Positions 52,101 to 64,000 of a DNA stretch of 64,000 nucleotides are shown piece by piece. Each line of letters opens with the position of its first letter. Position 1 is the first letter of the stretch. The stretch is from Yuukianura sp. NJ FZ-2021 (lineage: Eukaryota). Below the pieces are notes generated by a model. It ran no database searches. It worked only from the letters and a program-made list of their open reading frames with translations, and was not told the origin of the DNA. The stretch lies in NCBI GenBank assembly GCA_046563655.1, contig CM102287.1:2232001-2296000 (forward strand), written 5' to 3'. Both the position numbers and the translations under genes were made by a program.

Positions 52101-53032
52101 GTTCACATCGCTGCGAATGAAACTGAAGCACAGGCGGATATGGACACGAAAGGAGACGCCGACAAAGGGACGATTGAATCTTTGCTTGCAGCAATCCCTC
52201 CAGTGAACACTTTGGGCGTAAGAATAGACTACAAAATAGAATCAGAAGTTGTGAATTTATCATTATTCAGAAGTTGTGAATTCATGTTCATTTGTTTTTA
52301 GGGTCTTCGCATCACCCCGTTGGAATTTGAGAAGGATGACGACACGAATCTGCACATTGACTTCATCGTGGCCACTTCCAACTCTCGAGCCAAGAACTAC
52401 GGAATCCAACCGGCAGATCGCCTCCAGTCCAAGGGGATTGCAGGGAAAATCATCCCTGCCATTGCCACGACCACTTCCGTCGTCGCAGGCCTCACTTGTC
52501 TCGAGCTCTACAAAGTGGCCTTTGCCTTTGATGACTTGGAACGCTACAAGAATGGATTCGTGAACTTGGCCCTTCCGCTCTTTACTTTTTCTGAACCAGT
52601 GAAGCCAGCAGTGAAGAAGTATTACGACACGGACTGGACTCTCTGGGACAGATTCGACATTGAGGGAGAAATGACGCTGGAGGAGTTCATGAAACACTTT
52701 GAGGAGAAATACAAACTGAAGATCCAGATGCTGAGTCAGGGCGTGTGCATGCTCTACTCCTTCTTCATGGACAGAACCAAGAGAGAGGAGAGAATGCAAC
52801 TCCCACTCTGCCAGGCACTATTTCAAGTTAACTTTTACGCTCAACTATTTTTTATTCAATATTTTGATTGTCATTTTTAAAGGTCGTTCGTCTTGTGTCC
52901 AAGGTTCGTCAGCCGGAATACGTTCGAGCTCTGGTCTTTGAGTTGTGTTGCAACGACGATGAGGGAGAAGACGTGGAAGTTCCCTACGTCCGCTACGTTA
53001 TTCCACCCTCTCAACTCTCAACCAACAACTAA
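49114..53032 (+). CDS. UBA1: Ubiquitin-activating enzyme E1
   Basis: [50 protein letters not shown] (catalytic Cys), [25 protein letters not shown]. Confidence 0.98.
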
Positions 53033-53219
53033 AGAAGCAACAGAACACTTTCTAAATTATTTCCACTTACAACTAATTACACCCAATCTGAATTAATGAG
53101 TAGAATACTTTGCTTCAGAAGCAACCTAAATTACCCGTAGAAAAGTCAATAATTGGATCCACACTAAATATTGTACACTTATTAAATACACTTCAATTTC
53201 CAACAGCCTCATCTTTTAT

Positions 53220-53588
53220 TCATTTGTAGATTTTGCGTAGGAATGATGAGGATGTGCTTGGTTTCGGGAGAGAGTCTGCGATGGTGGAAGAGTATTTGGG
53301 TTTTCCGAAGTTGGCAAAGTAGTGTTGGTACCATGACGACCACTCCTTCTTGTACCACTCTTTGACCTTGACCTTGATGTCCTTCCGATGTATCTCCGGC
53401 AGGAAGTGTGTCCACCCCTCCACTTTCGTCGAGATGAGAGAGGGCCAGTTGACAGCGTGGAGGGAGCTGAGAGAAGCCTTGAGTCTGGAGAAGGGCCGAC
53501 TGATTCCCCCCTGGGTTCCATACTGGTCAGGAGTGAGTCCTTCCACAGCTACTGCCAGCACAATCCACGCAAAGAGACGGAGAGACAT
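53220..53588 (-). CDS. Small intronless secreted orphan protein (~122 aa, Trp/Lys/Ser-rich)
   Basis: Signal-peptide-like MSLRLFAWIVLAVAVEG; AATAAA-like signal at the stop. Confidence 0.5.
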   Translation of the reverse strand: MSLRLFAWIVLAVAVEGLTPDQYGTQGGISRPFSRLKASLSSLHAVNWPSLISTKVEGWTHFLPEIHRKDIKVKVKEWYKKEWSSWYQHYFANFGKPKYSSTIADSLPKPSTSSSFLRKIYK

Positions 53589-53699
53589 GGTGAAAGAGTC
53601 ACTTTGACATTGACAGTGGCTCAATTTATAAGTTCCAGTCGAGGGTGAGGGAATTGTGGTGAATTGTTTGTGGTAGAGAGGAATTTAGATTCAACTAAT

Positions 53700-54130
53700 T
53701 GACTCTCGCTCTCGTTGTTTGTGGCTTCCGTTCCATTGAGGAAACACCGTTTCAAAACTTCCAGAGGAGTCCAGCCATTGTGGGTTCGAATCGTCACTTG
53801 AGCCTTGTATCTGAACAGAGCGGCTACGCAGCCTGGTCGGAATAGTCGGCACGGTGGACCTAATAACAAAAGATGTTTGACTAGACTTGAAATAGAAACT
53901 TGTAACTTTAGATACGATTTGTAGAATTCTTACTGCGGTGTATCCGTCCTGGAAGTGGATGAGTTGTGGGTTTCCCTGGAGAATGGCCTCCATCTTGTAC
54001 AAGTCTCCAGTTTCTCCACACTCCAGTACCTCAACACCTCCTTCCATTTGTAAGTCAAGTGGAACCGGAAACTGGAAGTTTCAGAATTCCCAATTCGATG
54101 GTTGACACCTCCACCTTCCACTTGTTTTTA
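53700..54130 (-). pseudogene. Degenerate ankyrin-repeat gene (ANKRD49-like)
   Basis: LECGETGDLYKMEAILQGNPQLIHFQDGYTA|VHRADYSDQ, then a frameshift to RTHNGWTPL, after which similarity is lost. Confidence 0.6.
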
Positions 54131-55020
54131 CACGACTGTGTCTGTGAACACACAAAAAGAGATGGAATTAACAGATCGAATCCTCCATCCTAACACACAG
54201 CTTCACTTAATTACAATTAACTTTAATTTAACTTTAATGTAATTTAAAATTTAATTAAGTAAGCTTTACCTTTTGCCTGTGAAATCGAAAAGCGAAAAGC
54301 AGAAAAATAAAAGTTGATTTTGACTTTGAATTTTTAAAAAGAGTTCGCGCCAGTCCGTCTCAAGTTCAAAGTGTAGTTGTGCCTAATGGTCGGATAACAC
54401 TAGGAGCAGTTTGTGTTGTTCTCCGAGAATTAGCCTCCAAGCTGACTTGGATTGCGCTTGAGACGAAATGACACAGACAAAAGTTGTCAAAAGCAGCTTG
54501 TCCACTCGTCGGTCCGCACCAAGGGTTGAGATTCACATAAATAGTTCAGAGGAGGAGAGAATTTGCGGAGCTTCCCTTTTATATGAAGCCGAAAGGAGTA
54601 GAACGAAGGAAGATTCTACTCTTTTGGAGTTGGATGTTGGGGGAGGGAGTGGGTGGCAATGGAAAAAATGCATGTGGGGACCATCCCAACTCCAAACCCC
54701 CAAAATTCTAACATTTTGAGTGAAAAAACAGAGAAGAACAGGCAGAATCTATTGGATGTAACTCCACTTCAACTTTATTTTGGTTTTTGTATAAACTCTC
54801 GTTTTCTCCATGCAGTTTCGCTTCTTAAATTAGTGATTTAGTTCAACTAAGAATCAACTGATCATTGCATGATTGCGGAAAGGAGATCCAAAACAAAGGC
54901 AAGGAAGGGCGAAAGTTAACATTTAACTGGCAATCCTTGTTATTTATTCCAAATCCAATTGTACTTTTATAATTTCCTTCCATAATATAATTCCTTGTGG
55001 TGGTTGGCTGGCAGGTACAC

Positions 55021-56263
55021 TTAAGCTAGAGCATCCACTGATGGTGGTTGTTGACAGTGGACATTGGAGTGAGCGTCCTTCCTTAGCTCTTCCCATTTCC
55101 CATCGCAGAACTGGTGGATGAACAGACGACGACGTGTTTCTGCTGCTTCGGTGGTGGTTTCCCTCTTCTTGTGGCCCATCTACAAGTCAAAAGAAACATG
55201 AAGGCCAAAGTGGAGATGTCAAGGACTGGTTGTCACCTGAAGCATCGCCATGTGATTCACTTGGAACTGGAAAATGGCTCCGAGTAAATGCCAGTAGGTG
55301 AACTGAGGCCAGAGGACTTTCGTGTAGCACACAACGCTCTCAGCACTCTGTCAGACACATTTAATAATGTTAATTGAACAGTCAGCTGATTTTCATCTAA
55401 TTTTGTACAAATTCTTTTTATTGGGTAAATAAAAGAAACCTGCCACAGAAGAAAGTCTGACAATCTTGTTTCTCCAGAGGTTCGGATAAGTAGGTCGAGG
55501 GGAAGTGTAGGCATTCTTTGGAAAGTCTTTTCCATCAATTCCTCGTTCAAATCCGACGGGATCAAGTGGCCATCTCGAACTCCTTCATCCAGTGCCTGGA
55601 CAGCGCGTGTCACTTGGTTTCTTGCTGTATAGGCAAAGGCTACATTCAGCTTGACTCGGCGATTGTGTCGAGTGATGAGCATAGCTTTGGCCATGACTTC
55701 CCGTAGTGACTCTGGCACGAGAGACCAGTCGCCAACAACCTCCACGCAAACACCCTCTTCATTGAGCCGATTTCTATAAGAGCAAACGAAAGATAATAAA
55801 TAAGATACAAAATATAAATGAAATAAAGTTTAGTGGACTGATGTCTTACTCTTCCGCAAGGAGTTGTGTGAATTTGTCTTTTGCCAATTCCAGTAGTCCT
55901 GCCACTTCCTCTGGACTTCTCCTGAAGTTTTCAATGCTGAAGACGAAGACTGTGACTTGAGTGATGCCGAGGTCCAGACACCAGCGCAGAGTTTGTGCCA
56001 GTTTCTCAAACCTGTGAACAAGTAAGAGATTTAGAAGAGTGTTGGATGAGAATTGTGCTGTTCCCTTACCCTTTGACATGCCCTTCAATCTGAGGTACGG
56101 AAGATCTAGCTGCGAATCGTCTGTTTCCGTCCAGAATGAATCCAACGTGTTTTGGAAGTGGACCCACACTTAGCACATTTCCATTTAGTTTCTGCATCCA
56201 GGATCGCTCATCTCTGTCTCCAATCCAACTGTTTCCCTGCGACTGGACGTTACTCCAACTCAT
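55021..56263 (-). CDS. DHDDS: Dehydrodolichyl diphosphate synthase (cis-prenyltransferase)
   Basis: [60 protein letters not shown]. Confidence 0.96.
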
Positions 56264-56385
56264 TTAGAATGATGACTAAGACTAACGATTAACGATTGAT
56301 GAGGAAATTAACGTTAAATTTCAATGTTTTGAGTAAGACTTGAAATTAATATTAATTAACTTTTTCTTATTTTGATTGTTGACTA

Positions 56386-56542
56386 ATTTCAAAATGATTT
56401 CCCGCACTTTGTCTCAAGTCCAACTCGTGTGAAAGGTTAATTACCTTCTGGGAAAAAATAGAACCTGCAGATGAGGTTATCCGTCTTTTAGACCCTTTTG
56501 TGTTTTGCACTTGAGACAAAGTGCGGGAAATCAGTTTGAAAT
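56386..56542. promoter_or_regulatory. Bidirectional promoter with 34-bp inverted repeats, each carrying E2F/CDE (GCGGGAAA) + 4 nt + CHR (TTTGAA)
   Basis: Arms at 56386-56419 and 56509-56542 match at 33/34 positions; located between the divergent DHDDS and UCP4 genes. Confidence 0.7.
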
Positions 56543-57002
56543 AAGAAATCAAATGTCAAATTCAAAAAATAGAAAATCATTTTCTTTAGTTTACCGGAAG
56601 TTTTTAATTACTTTTAGCAATTAACTGATCAGTTTTCAGTTACGTTCATCAGTTTGACACTCATTGGGGATTCCGTACTTTCCTCTCATCAATCAAGTTG
56701 AAAGTAAGTTCAAATCAACTGCATTTGCCAACCCTATTTCAAGAACTTTCATGTTTTGTCAGTAATTACCTAAGCAATCATTAATTTCTCTCTTTTTTTA
56801 GACCGTCCAGTGCCTAGACAGTGCGTGAAGCCAAGGAAGGGCATGGTGCCTGAGATGCAGAAAAGAACTTGCTCATGTTAAGAGATCCAAATGCCCAAGT
56901 CCTCCAGTAACCCACAAATTAAGGACTTTAGTTATCCGTGTCTAATGAGTTGTTGAGGACGACGTTAACGTTAATCACAATTGAATCCTTCAAGGGAAGG
57001 GA

Positions 57003-58272
57003 ATGGAGGGGGACGGTGTGGAGGATAGACTCAGTGGACAAGCAGGATGGAACTTTGCCAGGAAGTTCTGCATCGCCTTTGCTGCTGCCGCTGTTGCTGA
57101 AACAGGTTCTTTAAAACATCCAACTTTGGGACTTGTTTCAACCAAATTGAGCTTTAATTGTTGGTTTCAGTTACTTATCCCTTGGATCTCACCAAAACTA
57201 GAATGCAGATTGCAGGGGAACTCCAGAAAAGTGAGCAGAAACGACTGGGAATGTTCAAAACTGCTCGAGGAATCATTCGGCAAGAGGGCATTCTGAATCT
57301 GTGGAGAGGACTCCCACCAGCATTGTATCGTCACTTGATTTACTCTGGCATTCGCATGGGCCTCTACGAACACATCAGAGATGACATTCTGGGCAAGAAC
57401 CCTGATGGATCCTTTCCTATTCACAAAGTAAGTCTTGTGCTATGCTTCAATACTTCCAGTGGCTTTTCCTATGTTTTGGATTTTGGTAGGCTGCACTCGG
57501 TGGTTTGGTGGCTGGTGGAATTGCTCAATTCAGTAAGCTCTTTTTAAGTTGTGTTAATGTGGTTGTGTCTCATTGTTGTTTCCATGTCTCCAGCTGCCAG
57601 TCCCATGGATCTCGTCAAAGTTCAACTCCAGATGGAAGGGCGCAGGAGACTTGAAGGGCATCCCGTCAGAGTCAAAACGGCAGCACAAGCACTTAAAGCG
57701 ATCTACAGGGAAGGGGGGCTGCGTGGCCTCTGGAAAGGATGGGTCAGTCTACTTCTGTTTTCCTCCTTTACATTTTCATACGAAGACAGTCAATACCTTC
57801 GTTTTTTTTTCTAATGGATGGCGTAGGTACCTAACGTCCAACGTGGAGCTCTCGTAAACCTTGGTGACTTGACTACCTATGACACTGCCAAACGTTTTCT
57901 GCTCAAACACACCCGAATGGAAGACAACTACTTGGTCCATATCATGTCCAGGTACTTCTCTGTTCTAAATTGAATTCTCAATTAGTCTGACAGTTGCTTC
58001 GGTTTAGTTTGATGGCTGGACTGACGGCGACTGTGATGGGCACTCCGGCGGATGTCGTCAAGACTAGGATCATGAACCAGCCGACGAAGGATGGAGTTGG
58101 TCTTTATTACAAAGGTAGTTGGGACTGTCTGCAGAAGACAGTGCGGAACGAGGGAGTGGGTGCTTTGTACAAGGGGTTTCTGCCGATCTGGATGCGTCTC
58201 GGCCCTTGGTCACTCACGTTCTGGGTCACGTTCGAGTGGATTCGGAATGTGGTTGGAGTTAGGAGTTTCTAG
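57003..58272 (+). CDS. SLC25A27: Mitochondrial uncoupling protein 4-like carrier
   Basis: [91 protein letters not shown]. Confidence 0.93.
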
Positions 58273-58824
58273 TCATGTCCAGGGACCAAGTGTCTGGAGA
58301 GTCATTCCATGTAGATTCTGGAGTGGATCCTTGGACGAAATGAGATCAAGTAGTGCTGGTGAAATGCTGACTAACTAAGTAGTTTAGTGCGTGAATTGGT
58401 TTGACTCAGTATGTAGATCACACCACTTTAGTTCAATTCCAAATTGAGCAGTGCTTGTATGCCACTGACCAAGTAAAGCATTGATTGGAATTTAGGTGTG
58501 ATTTTCGTTTATTGTCACATAATTTTGCCACTCAAAGTAGCCTCTGTCTCAACTTGCCCCGTCTCTGGCGGCAAAATTTTTAAATTCAAACTTCAAAACT
58601 TAATTTTTGTTGTTTTTTTGCAAAAAAAAAAAAAAGAAATGGGAAAACAGGTGACAGACAAGACACAAGAGACAACTGATTAATTGAATTTAAGATTAAC
58701 ATTTTCTCGTTAACTGTAAGTTAATTGTTGAAGTAAGCGAAGCGGGTTGTTGCGTAACGTAAGCGGAATAGAATCTATCAAGAAGTGGAGTAGGATATCG
58801 TTTGTATTGAGTTGGAGTGATCCA

Positions 58825-59818
58825 ATGTCATCTGGAAAAGAAGAAACTTTGGAGGATTTTTACACAGAGGTATGGAAAACATTGATTAAAAGTAATTTCC
58901 AGGACTAAAGTTGTTTGTGTTTCAGGTGAAGGCGATCGAGAAGCGTGACTCTGTGTTGACGCCGAAGCAGCAGATTGATCGTCTTCTGCGTTCAGGATCC
59001 ACCTACTTCAATCTCAACCCCTTCGAAGTACTCCAAGTGGACTTTGACGCAACACTCGACGAAATCAAGACCAAGTACAGACGCCTCTCCATTCTAGTCC
59101 ATCCAGACAAAAATCAAGAGGACAAGGACAGGGCACAAGCAGCATTCGAAGGTAACCCACTTACTAAATCAGTCAAACTAACTTTCTACAGTTGTTTTCT
59201 GTTTCAGCTGTGAATAAGGCATGGAGAGCCCTCGAAGACCCCGACACAAAAGCCAAATGCATGGATGTCGTAGAGGAAGCAAAGGCCAAGACGGATCAGA
59301 ACGTAATCCACCTCACTTTCCTTGGAAAGACATTCGTAACAGACGGTTAACAGTATTTCTATTTCAGATTGCTGAGAAGAAGAAAAAGTTGAAGAAAGAC
59401 GGGAAGCAGGCGGTGGTGGAAGAGGACGATCCAGCCAAATACAAACACGCAGTTTATGTGATGGCGATGAAACTATTTGCAGACATGGAGAGGAAACGAA
59501 GATCTCAAGAGACGAGGGACATGGAGGAAAGGAAGAGAAAGCGAGAAGAGGAAATTGAACAGGAAGAAAAGGCCAAGATAGAACGAGAGTGGGTCAAGAA
59601 CTTTGAGGTATTCAATTCAGAACGTTTAGTTTCATTTCTAACTTGATTTGAATTTGCAATGAATGTTTTAGGAGTCTCGCGAAGGAAGAGTTGCAAGTTG
59701 GAAGAATTTCCAGAGCAGTTCTTCAAAAGGGAAGGAGACTACTGCTGCTGCTGCTCCGAAGAAACCCAAAAAGATGGCTACATTTCGACCTCCAAAACAC
59801 AAAGCAGAATCACGATGA
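58825..59818 (+). CDS. DNAJC8: DnaJ homolog subfamily C member 8
   Basis: FYTE|VKAIEKRDSVLTPKQQIDRLLRSGSTYFNLNPFEVLQ, HPDKN, FRPPKHKAESR*. Confidence 0.96.
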
Positions 59819-60319
59819 TTTTAGCACTCAATTCAACACACGAAACCACCAAGTAGGCAGTTGACATTTCTTATTCTTCGTCTTCGGTTCCAAACTCTCT
59901 GTCGTATCCTCGTATCTCAGTTCCACTCTCCATCACTTACATTTTAAAAATTGAATTTCAAACGCAGAAACCCAATTACTTTTTAATAAATTTCAAGTGG
60001 AAGCAGTTCGCCTTCTTCTCATTCCAGAAGAAGGCGTTTTGTGTTTCATTTTTGAAGGGGACTTGAGAAACTTGAATGGACTCATTCACATCCCATTCAT
60101 TGACAGACGTGAGGACTTTGTGGGTCAAGGCAACACTTTCTCCCTTCCTCCATTCTTCCATGAGAGAGAAAGCCAAGGGACAAAGGGACCCCCCAGCACT
60201 CTCCCTTTGTCTCTCTGCAGACGACTGTCTGCACACTTTCACTTTAACACTTAAGGGCTCTCCGGAGACCCTTAGTAGGTCAGCCAACTCCCTCTCCATC
60301 GAAACCCTTCAAGGGACCC

Positions 60320-60362
60320 CTCTATTTAAATCCCACCATCCCTCATTCAGAATTGTCAGTTT
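60320..60362 (+). promoter_or_regulatory. TATA-like box and arthropod initiator of the cuticle protein gene
   Basis: CTATTTAAAT near 60322 and TCAGTT near 60357, upstream of the ATG at 60395. Confidence 0.55.
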
Positions 60363-60394
60363 TAGTTACACATTCGATCAAATATCATCCAACC

Positions 60395-61370
60395 ATGACG
60401 TTCCCACCAAAGGTAATTTTCAACAAAACAATCAAATTAACTTTAATTCCAACTGTTAGGAAAATTATACTGATTTTATTTACTGTTTCAGATTGTTGTT
60501 GGTCTGTTTCTTGGGATTCTGTGCCCTCAATTGACTTGTGCTCACTTCAGTTGGTTCGGATCTTCTGGGACGAAGAACGAACCAGTTCCAGAAGCATCCA
60601 GCGTCAATGCAGCCACCATCTCTGCCCCACCATCCATCACTTCCTTCCTCTTTGGAACTCAAGTGGGCAAGCCTGGCACGTAAGCATTCACTCTTCTCAA
60701 AACTCAAACAAAAAAAAACGATGGATTTGTTTAAAAGAACGATGGATTTGTTTCTGTAGAGATTCGGCGACAGATGCTGGACTGGTGGGAGGAGGAGTGG
60801 GAACACTTCCACCACCATCCGCCGCCAATTCTGGACCCACCAACCACCACTCCCCCGCCACCCAAGAAGCAGGAGGGCAAAGTGGTCATTTTGCCCCGCC
60901 CGCGGTTCCACGCCCCACTTCCGCTGGGATGTCTCTTCACAGTGCCCATCTTCCACCCAATCTGGCAAAGAACACACCTCGCCTGCCTCCTCGCCATCCC
61001 ACAAACACCATCTCTCATCTGAACTCTCCGTAATTCATTCACCTTATTTCTTTTCAATTAGCAATCATTTCACTTATCAATTCCTTTCTCTTTTCCAGAG
61101 TTCCAGATCTGAGTGGACTGGAGAGTCAGACGAAGAGTGGGAGTTTCAGCTGGATGAGTCCCCAGGGAGAGGTATACGACGTAAGGACTCCACTAACCAA
61201 TTGATTCCTCTACTAAATGATTGATTTTAAATATACTTGTACTGTAGGTGAGTTATGTGGCTGATGTGAGGCAGCCCTCCAGAGGACCACCAGCCCCACC
61301 AACATTCTCTCAAAGTGGAGGTCAAAACTACGCCTACTCTCCTCTCCGACCCACCACAAGTCACAACTAA
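60395..61370 (+). CDS. Cuticular protein with a partial RR-1 consensus (5 exons)
   Basis: Short first exon MTFPPK, signal peptide, Pro/Ser/Gly-rich body, then GSFSWMSPQGEVYD|VSYVAD. Confidence 0.75.
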
Positions 61371-61628
61371 ATTAACTGTGTCAGTTGTTGTTTTAATTGT
61401 TGTTTTGAATAAAGTTAAATAGTTTGGATTAAGATTGAGTAGTTGGGATAAGGTGGAGGTGAGAGCGTCTTTAGTTCCTGCGCTGTTTGGAGGAAGGAAG
61501 GTGGATCGATAGACTTTCTCTGCAGGTGAAGGGAGAGGCTGCTCTCTCTTTTCTTTCCCACACTTTCTCCTCTCCCACCCGCAGTCACTGTCCCACCATG
61601 GACACTCGCTGAGGTCAGAGGTCACAGG

Positions 61629-64000
61629 ATGCACATCCACTTTGAGAAGTCTCTCCACGTCCATTGTGACTCATGGATTCTGTCTCTCTCCTGGATGGGC
61701 AAAGTTCCAGAGGAACTCCCAGAGGTAACTAATTAACGCTAATTGAAGGAAGCATGCAACTGATTATACATTGTCCTTTTGTGTTCACATTCATTTACTT
61801 TCCCCCTCAATTAACTGCTTTTCTAATTGTTTTGGACAGTTGATTAATTTAACATTTGGACGCCACTCAGGAAAAAGAAAGTAAAAAAAAATGTCCAAGA
61901 AATTAATTAATTTTTATTTAAATGTTTTGCCCAACTATGTTGGGGGTGACGAGTGGGGGCGGAGTGACTTTTACTCTAACCTACTGACGCCATATTTTAC
62001 GCGCCCTTTTTGAAATAACTTTTTCCCTCTTTTTCCTGTCCTTTGTTTTTGTTTTTTTTTTTTGTAGTTTTATTAATTAACTCGTGATTAATCGATTAAT
62101 TCAATTACTAAGGAAGAGGGATGGAAGCTGAATAGAACAAACTACTACCAGGAAGGGTGGTTGTCCACAGGCAACATGCGAGGAATCCTCGGAGTGACCT
62201 TCACCACGACGCAATGGAAAGATGGACCACAACCCCCCTCCAGAACAAACTTCAACCTCAGAGGTCACAGGTCACAGGTAGGTTATGACTATGACATTTC
62301 CCATTTCAACTTCTTTTCCTATAACTCTGTCCATTTCAGATCACCCTCGTCCAGTGGAATGAGCCCTACCAGAAACTGGCTTCGTGTGACAGTTCAGGAA
62401 TCATCTTTGTCTGGATCAAGTTCGAAGGGAGATGGTCCATTGAGGTTATTCTCATCTTACTTTTAAGAACTCGATATGTCAACGTCAAAATAAGTGTAGA
62501 TTTGACTCTTTTTCTTGTGTTTTAGTTGATCAATGATCGGAGTACTCCAGTTACGCACTTTGCTTGGTCACACGATGGACGAATGGCTCTCATCTGCTAC
62601 CAGGATGGATTTGTGCTAGTTGGTTCCGTCGCTGGACAACGCTACTGGAGTTCTATGCTCAACTTGGAAGCTACCATCACAGCAGGCGCCTGGTAAACAC
62701 AAATCTTCACTTTTTACAATCAGATTAGTCTGACTTTTGTTAATTAACGTTTATTTTGGTAATCAAATGCATTTTTATTCTTATTATTTGTGAATGTAGG
62801 ACTCCTGATGATCAGCAAGTTTACTTTGGAACGAGCAATGGACAACTAGTGGTGATGGACGTTCACGGAATCATGGTCTCTCAAGTCCAACTGCCCGTCG
62901 ACTCCCCCATCACGCAACTGAGCTGGAACTGCGAGAAATTCAAGATGGAGGAGAGTGAAGAGGGCGAACTTTGGAGCGGAGCAAGAAGACCTCTCGTCCT
63001 CGCAGTCGCCTTCAAAAGTGGGCTTATCTATCTCATGCGAGGATTCGACGACCTCACTCCAGCACACATCTACACTGGAATGCAAGGAATCCTCATGGAA
63101 TGGAGCAACTCTGGGGAGTACTTGGCAGTAGCTGGATCCCGTCCAGTCGAAGTCATGACGCAGACTGGGCATCGCAACCACGAATACTTTAATTCTCTCC
63201 ACTTCTACTCCCCCACAGCCATCAGAATATCAAATCTTACAATTCCTTCGACAGAGGTAACACTCCACGTTTTCACTTAATATTTTTCATTTTGTGTGAA
63301 CTTCATTGTTTTTGATTTGTTTTTGCAGTCACCAGTAACCGCCCTTTGCTTCGGACACAATGACAAACGTATTTTTATAGCCACTGGGAAGGAACTGCAC
63401 ATCGGATGGGTGGGAAAGCGAATCGCAACTCTCCAACTGCTCTGTCGCCTCATGATTTACAAATCTCTGAGCACGGAAACTTGTGTGACCCACCTCCCTC
63501 TGCCTCTGCCAGTCCGTGCTCTCATTTCTTCTCTCCACACGCAAACAATCATCGTAAGTCCCACCAATTACTACTTTCTCTTCAAATAATTTCAAATATT
63601 CATTTTGCATTCCTTTCAGTCAACTTTGCCGACTGCTCAAGAGATGCGACAGTTCTCGATCCATCCGCAGCCCAGCAATCAGCGACTGTACTGCACAATG
63701 GTTCGGCATCAGGAAGATTTGACGCAAAGTCCAGGCACAGTCTACACTCTCTACATTGAGAATCTGGGCGGAGTCGTAAGCACTTTTCACACTCAAATAT
63801 CCCCTTTGCAATGTAAATTCTGAAAATGTTTTGAATTGCAGGTTCCTATTCTGAAAGGGAAGCGTATTTCCAAACTGCGACCGGAGTTTATCATCTACGA
63901 TCCAGAAGTGTGTGAGATTAGTCCAGAATCCAGTCCTCATCCAGATGAACCCCTCCCCTCCACTCCAGCGTCGTCCAAACCTTCTACTCCCAAACTTGGT
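61629..64000 (+). CDS. TULP4: Tubby-related protein 4 (WD40/SOCS), continuing beyond the window
   Basis: ILSLSWMGKVPEE, YYQEGWLSTGNMRGILGVTFT, NFNLRGHRSQ|ITLVQWNEPYQKLASCD, WSHDGRMALICYQDGFVLVGSVAGQRYWS, PILKGKRISKLRPEFIIYDP. Confidence 0.95.

Noticed and set aside
52241..52285. Duplicated TCAGAAGTTGTGAATT in a UBA1 intron
   Set aside because: Most simply a local slippage duplication.
54380..54590. Telomerase RNA or snRNA under a TATA (type 3) promoter
   Set aside because: No telomeric template, Sm site or recognisable snRNA sequence, and the TATA-like block is inverted between the two copies.

Overview
Gene-dense segment of a compact eukaryotic genome, almost certainly an arthropod (a cuticle protein with a Rebers-Riddiford motif is present). 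It is probably not a dipteran, given Fe65/APBB, a BRCT+Myb Rap1 and a TPX2 with an Aurora-A-binding N-terminus. Introns are mostly about 50-90 nt and intergenic spaces are very short. I can build about 20 apparently intact genes by hand, mostly multi-exon: TPX2-like, Rap1/TERF2IP-like, a pTyr-motif adaptor ORF, Syncrip/hnRNP Q, BLOC1S3-like, DCN1, Blimp-1, a divergent tetraspanin, SF3A3, RING1/Sce, FAM210, a tensin-like gene, Fe65, UBA1, an orphan secreted protein, DHDDS, UCP4, DNAJC8, a cuticle protein and a partial TULP4. There are two homogeneous satellites (50 bp x ~48 and 315 bp x ~17), degenerate repeats and a Helitron-like 3' end. Four observations stand out. (1) A co-oriented chain of intron-retaining pseudogene fragments at 5.3-8.0 kb (CTDNEP1/Dullard x2, TFIIE-beta, ATP synthase epsilon). 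(2) Apparent chimeras built from such fragments: an antisense Dullard fragment supplies the ATG of a 313-codon ORF, and an HTATSF1-like exon splices in frame onto Fe65. (3) A recurring promoter module, CTTGAGAC + E2F/CDE + CHR-like, which forms a near-perfect inverted repeat in one bidirectional promoter and suggests MITE-derived promoters. (4) Several GC-AG introns. All gene names come from my recall of family sequences, not database searches, and exon boundaries are manual.
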